DNA of 64,000 nt from Nitrosopumilaceae archaeon (GCA_965207375.1 OZ242274.1:1632001-1696000); one strand, 5' to 3'; counted from the first letter of the stretch, positions 41,918 through 50,960 are shown. The notes: a model not told the origin generated them from the sequence alone. Numbers and translations are program-made.

Positions 41918-42277
41918 CTAATTGCCGTAATCACTACACAAGTGTAGTAGATTATAAAACAGATATTGTTGTTGGGTAGAAGAATACCAAACACCCACAA
42001 TACCATACTTGCTTAATACTATATCGGTTTCTATATCGCGTTCTTCTTGAGTTTCACCTGTAACAATTATATCAAATTCTTGATCAAATGCAGCTCTTTC
42101 CTCTAGTGAAAGGTGATGATATCTTTTACCGAATTCTGCAATTAATTTTGCATGTTCTTTTGTAACATCACAGTCATCGTCTGGTTTAAAATTTTCATCA
42201 TACAGTAATGATAAGGAAAGTATGATTACGATTGCCAAACCGATGTTGATTATCATACTTGCAAATAATTTTTTCAA
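41918..42277 (-). CDS. Small membrane-anchored protein, paralog B
   Basis: CDVTKEHAKLIAE...HLCSDY shared with A and C. Confidence 0.8.
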   Translation of the reverse strand: MKKLFASMIINIGLAIVIILSLSLLYDENFKPDDDCDVTKEHAKLIAEFGKRYHHLSLEERAAFDQEFDIIVTGETQEERDIETDIVLSKYGIVGVWYSSTQQQYLFYNLLHLCSDYGN

Positions 42278-42447
42278 TACATGTAGTTATGTTAGCCTAA
42301 TTTAAAACATGTCAAACTCTTATGAGAGTTTATCTCTAGAAAAAATATTTAATGTAAAAATGAGCAATATGTAGTATTTTAAAAGAAGCATGCCGTAAGT
42401 TAATATCAAATTTAATATAATGCAAGTGTAAATGGAATATAATCACA

Positions 42448-42534
42448 TTGAAAAACATAACAAGCAAAACAAAAACAATACTATTTGCAGCCCTAATCAC
42501 TGCAATGATTCTACCATTTTCATCAATGAATGTG
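42448..42534 (+). pseudogene. Truncated 5' copy of the 39288..40643 gene (signal peptide only)
   Basis: Identical first 29 codons, then unrelated sequence. Confidence 0.8.
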
Positions 42535-43144
42535 CCTAGAATGGCATATGTAGGAATCATAGACCTAGTCTCTTACCAATCAGGCACGGCAACACCTTAA
42601 TGGTAGGATCCATCATTTCGATCTTTATTGTGAATACTACGCCTAGATTTACTCTATTCTTTTGTGACCCTTCAAATTCATGCCTAAAATCACCATAACC
42701 CCAAAACAATGTTTACCAATTACAAAAAAAAGATGAAAACAGATATTGTGGAAAAAGTTGTATTCGTCAATAAGGGACACGTGATATGTTCTAGAGATCG
42801 ACTAATTGAGGTGCACTCGTCATTTTTGCATGATTATTCTTAGAGTTATTAATATGACATAATATTTAGACATGAATTTTTTATTTTGTAAAATAGATTT
42901 TATTAAATAACATAATTATTACATGTTTGTTCCTGTCATATTTTATTTTTTAATTATTCTATTATCATTTGAGCCTAAATCCACTCATGCATGAACAAGT
43001 ACATTCATCAGAAATACAAATAGTTAGTATTTTTTTAAAATTTTTATTGTGTTTGTAAAAAAATATAATCTCTTTACAATGTGTATTTTTTATTTATGAT
43101 GCAAGTTTGACATGTTTTAAATTAGGTCAACATAACGACAAGTA

Positions 43145-43525
43145 TTGAAAAAACTATTACTTACAAGCATTATAATCAACATTGGTTTGGTAATTGGAGT
43201 CATATTTTCCTTGTCCTTACTATACGATGAAGTTTTCAAACTAGAAGGTGACTGTGATGTTACAAAGGAACATGCAAAATTAATTGCAGAATATGGCAAA
43301 AGATATCATGACCTTCCACTAGAAGAAAGAACTGCATTGGATAATGAATTTAATATGATCCAGGCCAATTTTGATATAAAGAACGGCAATGGCACGCAGG
43401 AAGAGTTTGATGCAGAATATTACAAATTATTAGACAGGTATGGTATTGTGGCATTTTGGTATTCCGAAGATGAGCTACAAGAACTATTTTATCGCCTAGT
43501 ACACTTGTGTAGTGATTATAGTTAA
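43145..43525 (+). CDS. Small membrane-anchored protein, paralog C
   Basis: Near-identical to paralog A except a C-terminal patch. Confidence 0.8.
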   Translation: MKKLLLTSIIINIGLVIGVIFSLSLLYDEVFKLEGDCDVTKEHAKLIAEYGKRYHDLPLEERTALDNEFNMIQANFDIKNGNGTQEEFDAEYYKLLDRYGIVAFWYSEDELQELFYRLVHLCSDYS

Positions 43526-43574
43526 TGCATCAATAACATCATGTCTAAATTTTTATTCTATCTGATGAAAGTGA

Positions 43575-43870
43575 TTTTGTATATGAAATTTGAGCTGCGT
43601 TACAAGATTACGTGAAACTCTTACGTTAATGCCAACACTGTCTAAACTATTGAAAGATGCTTAAGATTCACTGCTATATGTCCAATTTTAGGTACGGTTC
43701 ATACAAACGCGTAGCACAGGACCTAAAGATCCATTGTGAAAGACATGAGAGGAGATTCGTAATTAGAAAATCACGCCTAACAAGAGCAAAAATCCGTGCC
43801 CAGATCTAATTACGAATCCTGTCTATGATAGATTTTTGTATATGAAATTTGAGCTGCGTTACAAGATTAC
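43575..43870 (+). repeat. 37-bp direct repeat (43575-43611, 43834-43870)
   Basis: TTTTGTATATGAAATTTGAGCTGCGTTACAAGATTAC twice. Confidence 0.85.
43754..43818. mobile_element. MITE family B, copy 2
   Basis: Perfect 14-bp TIR GATTCGTAATTAGA / TCTAATTACGAATC. Confidence 0.7.
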
Positions 43871-44020
43871 ATGTAATTGCTTATACTTGCAACAAGAATC
43901 CATAATTTCTCATTACTTTTTCATATCTGATGTATTCGTCAATCTACTAGATGATGTCAGAAATATTGGAATTTTTATCCATCTAAAACTCATAAATTCA
44001 AACATTAACCCATAAACAAT

Positions 44021-44698
44021 ATGAAAACCCTGATAATACCTGATATTCACACAAAATTTCAGATTGCAGAATCAATCATAAAAAGTGAATCACCAGACAG
44101 TATTGTATTTTTAGGGGACTATTTTGATGCATTTAATGAGACTGAACAAGACACTCACAATACTGCAAGATGGCTTGCAACATCACTGCAACAGCAAAAC
44201 AGAATACATTTGATTGGAAATCACGACCTGCCATACATGGCTGACAATCCAGTGTTTTTGTGTTCGGGATTCTCCGAATCTAAAAAATACATTATCAACT
44301 TGTATGATATACCGTGGAATAAAATGCACACATACTGCTATGTTGGAGACCATCTGTGTACCCATGCAGGAGTAAGCAAACAGTTCTTTGAAGAGCACAG
44401 TACAGATACTCTTAACGAGTTTATGAAACAATCAACAGAGGATCTCAAACATATTGATGATGTAAATTATTTACAAAAGTTTTTCCGTGCAGGAGTTTTG
44501 CGCGGTGGTGTGCACAAAAATGGAGGCATAGTATGGTGTGATTATAACGAATTTACGGACATTCCACATATTAAACAGATATTTGGCCACACAAGAGCCA
44601 CAAATGTAAGACAAAACAAAAATCACATCTGTCTTGATACTGAACTACACAACTATATCATACATCAAGACAGTACCTTAATTGTAAAAGAGATATAA
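44021..44698 (+). CDS. Calcineurin-like metallophosphoesterase
   Basis: PDIH, LGDYFD, GNHD, THAG, FGHT. Confidence 0.9.
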   Translation: MKTLIIPDIHTKFQIAESIIKSESPDSIVFLGDYFDAFNETEQDTHNTARWLATSLQQQNRIHLIGNHDLPYMADNPVFLCSGFSESKKYIINLYDIPWNKMHTYCYVGDHLCTHAGVSKQFFEEHSTDTLNEFMKQSTEDLKHIDDVNYLQKFFRAGVLRGGVHKNGGIVWCDYNEFTDIPHIKQIFGHTRATNVRQNKNHICLDTELHNYIIHQDSTLIVKEI

Positions 44699-45154
44699 AT
44701 TTACAAATTCAATAATTTATGCATGTGGTACAATTGAGGAATGTCAAACATATCAAGTTTAAGATTAGAAAAAATGGCAGTTAACTCGTACCAAATCACA
44801 TTATCGTACTTGTAAAAAACAATCAGGACACAATACATCAAAACAGAGCATCACAAAATCTACTAATATTTACAACACATACAGACACAATTGATATAGA
44901 AAATACACTAAAATCATTTTGCCAAGAATTGAAACAAACCCAATGAAATAATCATGTTAAATATGCAGCAGGTTCTTTAGGCTTTATTGCAGATATCAAC
45001 GGTTGGGTTTTTGATCAAATCATTTGAATTCATGTACTCTAGATAAATTGTTATACGTCAGATGCCACATCTAAAATCTTTGACAGATAATTTGTGTAAA
45101 AATGAACAGTGTAATACTAGTGATTAATCTGATTTGAACAATTTAAAAGAAGAT

Positions 45155-45210
45155 AAAAAGTACGGTGCCCGAGCGTATTGGTGATTTATTCTTCTGAAGG
45201 GTACCGTATT
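45155..45210 (-). ncRNA. Putative hairpin sRNA with loop antisense to the adjacent tRNA
   Basis: Stem 45161-45170/45199-45208; loop matches tRNA 45283-45295 (13 nt) and 45270-45279 (10 nt); strand is inferred. Confidence 0.5.
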
Positions 45211-45241
45211 TATAATGAGTAACAAGCCTGTTAAAAACATT

Positions 45242-45325
45242 GCCGAGATCGCCTAGTCTGGTAAGGCGCTCTTCTGAAGAAAGAGCGTATTGGTGTACGC
45301 GTGGGTTCGAATCCCACTCTCGGCG
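45242..45325 (+). tRNA. Class II tRNA with Ser-type body and GAA (Phe) anticodon
   Basis: Acceptor GCCGAGA/TCTCGGC + G73; D arm GCCT/AGGC; anticodon stem CTCTT/AAGAG, loop CTGAAGA; variable arm CGTAT-TGGT-GTACG; T arm GTGGG-TTCGAAT-CCCAC; TATA TTTATAAT at 45209-45216. Confidence 0.9.
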
Positions 45326-45857
45326 CTTGTTTGATTATCTGATAATTTCGTTTAACCAAAGATGTCAATTCTTTGACATGTGCAACTGTTAATGCGTGTG
45401 TGATAAAATGCCATGATGATTATTTTGTTTAAAGGTGTTTGAAAAATGATTCTTCAGCGTTATCTGTTGGTCAAAGTCAATATGCAAATTTTCTCCGGAT
45501 TGCCCGTGCCTAAAATTTCTTCAATTGTCACATAGTTTGTTCTTGTGCAGGTAAAAGAGATCAAAAATTTAACCATTTTTTCAAAATTTGTTAACCTACA
45601 TGATCCAAATGTATCACGACATGTAGTCCCATCGAAGTATCACAATGATGGGACTAACATATCAAAAATCATATACAAGATCAAAATTTAAACTACACAA
45701 AAAATTTAAAGATATATGGAATAAGACATCGGTACTGCTTACGCGCAGTACTGACAAAATGGCAAGAGTTACTAGATGGATGAGTACACGTGTATCTTGG
45801 AGCAAGGGTGCACAAGGGCGTGGAAACCGTGCCTTGAAAATACTGAATACATAAAAT

Positions 45858-46421
45858 TGGTGCGGACCCCGCTAGAAGGAGACCGATCATCAATGTACAC
45901 TTTAGCAATAGGAGGCAACACAGGACATGAAAGACAAAAAATCAAAATGGAGCATAGATGAGAAGGTACGTATCGTACTGCAGACCTTTAACTCAGAGAC
46001 CAGTATGGCAGAATTATGCAGACAGCACAACCTGCAACCCAGAACAGTCTATACCTGGAAGGAAAAATTCCTCGAAGCAGGCAAAAGCTCGTTTAGTGGC
46101 TCCAATGTGTCCTCCCTTGCCAAACGTCACAAAAAAGAGATCTCTTCTCTTAAGAGGATAATAGGAGAGTATGCAGTGGCAAATGACGCTTTAAAAAAAA
46201 CGTTGGAGGGAAACAAAGAATGAGTGCAGTGTCTATCATGCACGATATCATAGGACTCAACAAATCCTTGCGGCTTTGCGGAGTATCAAAAAAGGCATGG
46301 TACTATACTGCAAGTCCAAGAGACATACCACCTGATCCGCAGGTACAAGATGCAATACTAAACATCAGCTCATCTAGGTCAACCTATGGAACACGACGTA
46401 TGGCAGCACAGGTCTCTAGGG
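45858..46421 (+). mobile_element. Truncated IS3-family element (orfA 45927..46223, 5' part of orfB from 46220)
   Basis: TG-starting end; HTH orfA (SMAELCRQHNL...YTWK); orfB TYGTRR motif. Confidence 0.8.
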
Positions 46422-46471
46422 TTCTAGGCAGGGTTATAACACAAACTAATATATCGTAGTTAGTGTTATAA

Positions 46472-47747
46472 CAGTACTTCCGATTATAGATCACAGGTCA
46501 CTATTTAGACAATATTTTTTGACATACAGATCCAAATAACGGAATAATCCTACCCATCTTAACCTTGAGAGAAAAAGATGGGCAAGATATCCCAATAAAA
46601 TCAGGAACACGAGGGTTTAAAGTATTTCAATCTGCACTAGGCAGGCTGCCCATTTCGTTTGGAACAGGAAACAACACGAGGTATGGACTCTCAAACGCAG
46701 TCAACATGCTACAGGTCATGTCAGTATACGGCGTGGCTGCCAACAGTGCACACCAATACGCTCCTTCAGGAATAGATATTCCAGGCGGAGACTGGCTTGT
46801 ACAAAAGATAACCACAATCGATCATGACGACATGATAAAACATGGAGAAAAGATGATACACGATACTGTTGATGTACGCCAAATGAAGCTGGACCGCAGA
46901 AACGGCAACAACCAGACGCGCGTTGCAGCAATAGACAAACACAAGATCCCACACTATGACAAAGACCCTGACATGACAGATATGGTATACTCAAAGCATC
47001 ATGCAGGAACATACGTCTTTGAAGCATACATGACTGCCAAGATGGTCTCAGGTGCAAAAGAATTTCATCTTGCAATGGTTCCAGTAACTCGGAACAAGTT
47101 TAACCCTGAATTCGTGCGTAAAACCATACAAAAATGCGATGATTTAGGTGCTGATGTGAACATATACTTGTTGGACCGTGAGTTTTATGCATCTGATGTT
47201 ATGGATACAATACAGAATCTCAAAAAACATTTCATAATGCCTGCAGTAAAGAATGCGGGAATCAAAAAGGCAATATTTCAATATGCCCAAGGAAAGCGCG
47301 ATGCAATATCACAGTATACCTTTGATAATGGATTTGAATTTAATTTGATCATAGTACCAAATCCCAAAAAACCTGATGCAAAAAATATCTTTGAGAGATA
47401 TCATGTGTTTGCAACATCATTGCCGTGTACAGATTCTGATGACATGTTGAAATACATTCCTAAAGCATACAAAACGAGGTGGGGGATTGAGACTGGATAT
47501 AAACAGGCAAAATCTATACGTCCATACACCACAAGCAAGAATTCCTCAATGCGGATGTTGATGTTTGTTGTATCTGTAATCCTATCTAACATATGGATAG
47601 ATTCGCGGATAGAGGTTGCCCATCAGACATACAATATTACACTTGTAGCCTTTGTAATGCAGATGGCTCATGCATATTTTGAGTGTCACTCAACTTGGCC
47701 GCCCCCCAATAAATCGGCATAGTCTGGATTTAAAATCGGAAGTACTG
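46472..47747 (+). mobile_element. ISH3-family element
   Basis: TIR CAGTACTTCCGAT / ATCGGAAGTACTG; 5-bp TSD TATAA. Confidence 0.9.
46565..47722 (+). CDS. ISH3/IS4-type DDE transposase
   Basis: AIDKH, LLDREFY, YKTRWGIETGY. Confidence 0.88.
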   Translation: MREKDGQDIPIKSGTRGFKVFQSALGRLPISFGTGNNTRYGLSNAVNMLQVMSVYGVAANSAHQYAPSGIDIPGGDWLVQKITTIDHDDMIKHGEKMIHDTVDVRQMKLDRRNGNNQTRVAAIDKHKIPHYDKDPDMTDMVYSKHHAGTYVFEAYMTAKMVSGAKEFHLAMVPVTRNKFNPEFVRKTIQKCDDLGADVNIYLLDREFYASDVMDTIQNLKKHFIMPAVKNAGIKKAIFQYAQGKRDAISQYTFDNGFEFNLIIVPNPKKPDAKNIFERYHVFATSLPCTDSDDMLKYIPKAYKTRWGIETGYKQAKSIRPYTTSKNSSMRMLMFVVSVILSNIWIDSRIEVAHQTYNITLVAFVMQMAHAYFECHSTWPPPNKSA

Positions 47748-47806
47748 TATAACCCCTCTCTATTTCCACATGAGGGACATAGTACACCAATGTTCAAGTC
47801 GTATGT

Positions 47807-48916
47807 TTATGCTATTGCCCTCCTTTGTACCTGTAACATCTTGTTGTAGATGTGTACCTTGAGATTAATCTCTTGTATGATGTTTTCCCACGTTACAGCA
47901 GATACCGAATCACCAAACAGTCGCTTAATTGATGATATTACTATCTCAACTATCCATCTTTTGCCATATTGCACCCTTTTTTTCCAGACCTTCCTGTTTG
48001 CCTCGCGTTCTTCTTTTGTCAGATGTGCAAATTTTTTAGGATCTGATACACCACCACCTAGTTGATCAATGGCTGCAAGAGTACGATCCCTACTGACACC
48101 ATCTGAACGCGTATTTGCATTGTGTTTTATTCTGATGCATGGTTTGATTTTTAGCTTTTTACATAATGCAAATATTTTACGCGAGTCAAATCCACCGTCT
48201 GCCCGCACGACTATTTTTAATTCATCCAATAATTCATTATTCAGAGATTGATATTCTTGCATGTCGTCTTCATCTTTCTGTGAATCTGCAATTGGATGTT
48301 CTGGGTCATCTGCTTTTTGACATGCTGATTGATCCTCATTTGATTTCTCTGCTTGGTTAATTCTGTCTGCAACATCTATACCGCAGTTTTCTAGTGCAGT
48401 ACACGTAAGTTCCTCAAACTGTGGGGCCTCACCTATCCTTTCATCTGTTACGCTAAAGGAGAGTATCTCACGCGTGTCAGTATCTACAACAATGACAAAC
48501 CTGATGAATCCGTGCTGTACTTTGTGCCTGTACCTGATGTATTCGCTTCTCTTACTGGGACTGAGACCAGTACCATCAGGTGCAAGATGAAGTGCACTCT
48601 TTTTGCCTTGTGCCGTAATGAGGTCATCTTTGATTGACACCTTGACGGTTTTCATTCTTTTTTGGATCTGACTAAAGCTTGGAACATACTCTGTACCTAG
48701 TGCCTCTGTTGCAAAGCCTTCTAGTATGCGATAGGATAATCCACAAAATGCCCTCATTGTTGCAAGAGCTAGTATTGTAGATTCTGCGTATCTGTAAGGG
48801 TGACCGTTTTTCTTTTTGTTGGCTCTTTTGAGTTCATCGTCATGATCTGGATTTTTTTTGGGATATATCATGCGTCCAACTGCTAGATATCTTGCATCGT
48901 TTTGTGCATTGGTCAT
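47807..48916 (-). CDS. IS5-family transposase
   Basis: DGTG, ADGGFD, YGKRWIVEIVISSIKRLFG; paralog of 9577..10809. Confidence 0.88.
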   Translation of the reverse strand: MTNAQNDARYLAVGRMIYPKKNPDHDDELKRANKKKNGHPYRYAESTILALATMRAFCGLSYRILEGFATEALGTEYVPSFSQIQKRMKTVKVSIKDDLITAQGKKSALHLAPDGTGLSPSKRSEYIRYRHKVQHGFIRFVIVVDTDTREILSFSVTDERIGEAPQFEELTCTALENCGIDVADRINQAEKSNEDQSACQKADDPEHPIADSQKDEDDMQEYQSLNNELLDELKIVVRADGGFDSRKIFALCKKLKIKPCIRIKHNANTRSDGVSRDRTLAAIDQLGGGVSDPKKFAHLTKEEREANRKVWKKRVQYGKRWIVEIVISSIKRLFGDSVSAVTWENIIQEINLKVHIYNKMLQVQRRAIA

Positions 48917-49244
48917 CTTTAGACGTGATTTTTGCTTTGGTTTACTCTAAACTTTTTGCTCTGTCAATATTGTGACCTCCTGTAAATCATGTACCAGGCG
49001 TTGCCGAAGATTTTATACCTCCTTGGTTTGTATTGTATCAGGATTGTTTGCTCATCTCTTATGTGCAATCTGAGATGAGTAGGCAATCCTACTATTTGGA
49101 TCTGAAAGGTCAAACTTTGTCTATTATATCATCAAATTGATTTCTCCCAGACCGAATCTGGCCTGAAAATTGCAAATTTTGAAAAATTCTAGGCAGGGTT
49201 ATAACACAAACTAATATATCGGTTATCCTTAAATGCTTAGTAAG

Positions 49245-49262
49245 TTACCGATATATCGGTAA
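49245..49262. promoter_or_regulatory. 18-bp perfect palindrome, probable operator of the downstream TA operon
   Basis: TTACCGATATATCGGTAA just upstream of a TATA-like TATTTAAG. Confidence 0.65.
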
Positions 49263-49293
49263 TACATACACTATTTAAGACATACCGATACAT

Positions 49294-49902
49294 ATGATGA
49301 AGATGCCTGAAAAAAGAGGGCTAGTAAGAGAAAGAATAATTCGAGTATTGCTCAACACTCCCGGCGGCAACCTTACAAAATACCGAGTAGCAAAATTAGC
49401 AAAAGCTGCATACTCTTGGGTTCATGACTTTCTCAAAGATCTAGAAAATAAGGGTTTGATAAAAAACACCAGAGTAAACTATAGAGAACTTGTTTCACTT
49501 TGGAGAGCGTTTCGGATAGTTCCAAACAAGAAAGAATACATGGTAAAAAATCCACTTGAAATTCTCAAATCTACAAAGCTAAAGTATGCACTTACCACAT
49601 ACGCAGCAGAAAACCTAGTACAAAAGTATCTTTTCCCATCCCGAATAGACTTTTACATTGATCCAAAAGACAAAGTAAAATGGCACAACATTCTGTCACA
49701 GGAGGGTCTTGTCGGAAAAGGAAATACAAGAATGCTGATTGGAGACACTCATGTTTTTTACAACTTGTCTGAAAAAGAAGGACTCAAGACAGTATCTATT
49801 CCACAGCTGATATTAGATCTACTCTTGGAGGGAGGACCATGTGCCGAGGCAGCAGAGATGTTAATAGAAAAGGAGGAAGAACAAATTGTATACAGAAAAT
49901 GA
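49294..49902 (+). CDS. wHTH regulator, AbiEi-like antitoxin
   Basis: N-terminal HTH; C-terminal VSIPQLILDL...GG...EAAEML; overlaps the NTase gene. Confidence 0.65.
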   Translation: MMKMPEKRGLVRERIIRVLLNTPGGNLTKYRVAKLAKAAYSWVHDFLKDLENKGLIKNTRVNYRELVSLWRAFRIVPNKKEYMVKNPLEILKSTKLKYALTTYAAENLVQKYLFPSRIDFYIDPKDKVKWHNILSQEGLVGKGNTRMLIGDTHVFYNLSEKEGLKTVSIPQLILDLLLEGGPCAEAAEMLIEKEEEQIVYRK

Positions 49903-50677
49903 GATAGAAATCTCAAAATCAAATCTTTCAACTGTCATTTCAAAGGTTCAAGAACCTGTCTGTTTACTGGGTGGTTGGGCAGTTTACATTACCGTAAATC
50001 AAAGATTTAATGCCGAACAAGGAAGAGATTACATTGGTTCAAGAGACATTGATCTTGGTTTTCACATAGATGATGCTTGGTCTGATGAGCAATTGCAAAA
50101 ATCTGCATTTTCCAAATCAATTGAGATTCTAAAAGAGATGAAATATTATGGAATAGGATCACGTTTTGTCCAACACTATGATCTTCAAACTAAAAGATTC
50201 TTAACAGAAGAAAAGTCTAAAAAGCGTCCCAAATACGAGATGTTTGATCTGTTTGTTGACCCCGTTGTTGACAAAATCCATCCAAGGACAAAGATACTCT
50301 TGGGTTTGGATCCAATCGATGAGCCACTACTTGCAAATGTTTTTTCAGGTAATCAGTTTGTCATGTCAAGATACTTTGAAAAAGAGATAATGCTCCCACA
50401 TCCCGAGGTGTTAGTTTCTATGAAGATAAATTCTGTTCTAAACAGGAACAAAGAGGACAAGAGAATTAAGGACATTGCTGACATTTATTCTCTTATGTGG
50501 TATTCTAACACAAAATTTCCAGACCTAAAACAAAGTGTTCAGAAAATATGCAGTACTGAAAAAGCCTCATTAACAATTTCCAAGTTCACAGATCATGATT
50601 ACAGTTCAGTTTCTCAGGCAATAGGAGTCAACAAGGATGAGATTTCACGAGTAATTGCAGAAACTGCAAAAAAATAA
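49886..50677 (+). CDS. Nucleotidyltransferase, AbiEii-like toxin
   Basis: LLGGWAV...SRDIDLG NTase motif, C-terminal K..KDIADI. Confidence 0.7.
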   Translation: MYTENEIEISKSNLSTVISKVQEPVCLLGGWAVYITVNQRFNAEQGRDYIGSRDIDLGFHIDDAWSDEQLQKSAFSKSIEILKEMKYYGIGSRFVQHYDLQTKRFLTEEKSKKRPKYEMFDLFVDPVVDKIHPRTKILLGLDPIDEPLLANVFSGNQFVMSRYFEKEIMLPHPEVLVSMKINSVLNRNKEDKRIKDIADIYSLMWYSNTKFPDLKQSVQKICSTEKASLTISKFTDHDYSSVSQAIGVNKDEISRVIAETAKK

Positions 50678-50835
50678 TCTGTTGTTTACTAAATTGCTAG
50701 ATCGGTGATGTTTCACTTTTTGAAGCTCTCTCAAATGGCCATGCGCAACATCCCCTTTCATTGCAATGTGCTATTCCTCAGGATATGATATACAGAAATG
50801 GTACTTGTTCACATAATAGATAACGCTGAAGAATC

Positions 50836-50960
50836 GTACGATGTGTGTGTTTCTATCATATGTAGAACACAAAATGTCCTCGATACTAGGATCTTTCATA
50901 GGTACATCAAGTAGTCCGTATCCTAACATGTCACGCCGGACATAATATGCCATAAATTCA
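50836..50960 (-). pseudogene. Fragment of a type II/IV secretion (pilus/archaellum) ATPase
   Basis: YYVRRDMLGYGLLDVPMKDPSIEDILC. Confidence 0.65.

Larger units (their letters stand above)
40557..42534. repeat. 266-bp inverted repeat (40557-40822 / 42269-42534)
   Basis: Arms appear to be exact reverse complements; they cover the divergent intergenic region and the signal-peptide codons. Confidence 0.9.
46457..49213 (-). mobile_element. Second IS5-family element, one TIR interrupted by an ISH3 element
   Basis: Ends TAGTTAGTGTTATAA[ISH3]CCC and GGGTTATAACACAAACTA; 8-bp TSD ATATATCG at 46449-46456 and 49214-49221. Confidence 0.85.

Noticed and set aside
40814..43525. Diversity-generating retroelement explaining the variable patch
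   Set aside because: No reverse transcriptase or template repeat in the window, and differences are not adenine-specific relative to either copy
45161..45208. Box C/D or H/ACA guide RNA
   Set aside because: No RTGATGA box; the only CTGA is part of the tRNA-matching segment; no ACA tail, and guide order is opposite to an H/ACA pocket
45269..45285. Reading the odd tRNA as ordinary tRNA-Ser(TGA)
   Set aside because: Centring TGA destroys the anticodon stem; the CTCTT/AAGAG stem fixes a 7-nt loop with U33 followed by GAA
45600..45857. ORF 45645..45854 and neighbours
   Set aside because: Probably a heavily decayed transposase remnant; too degenerate to call
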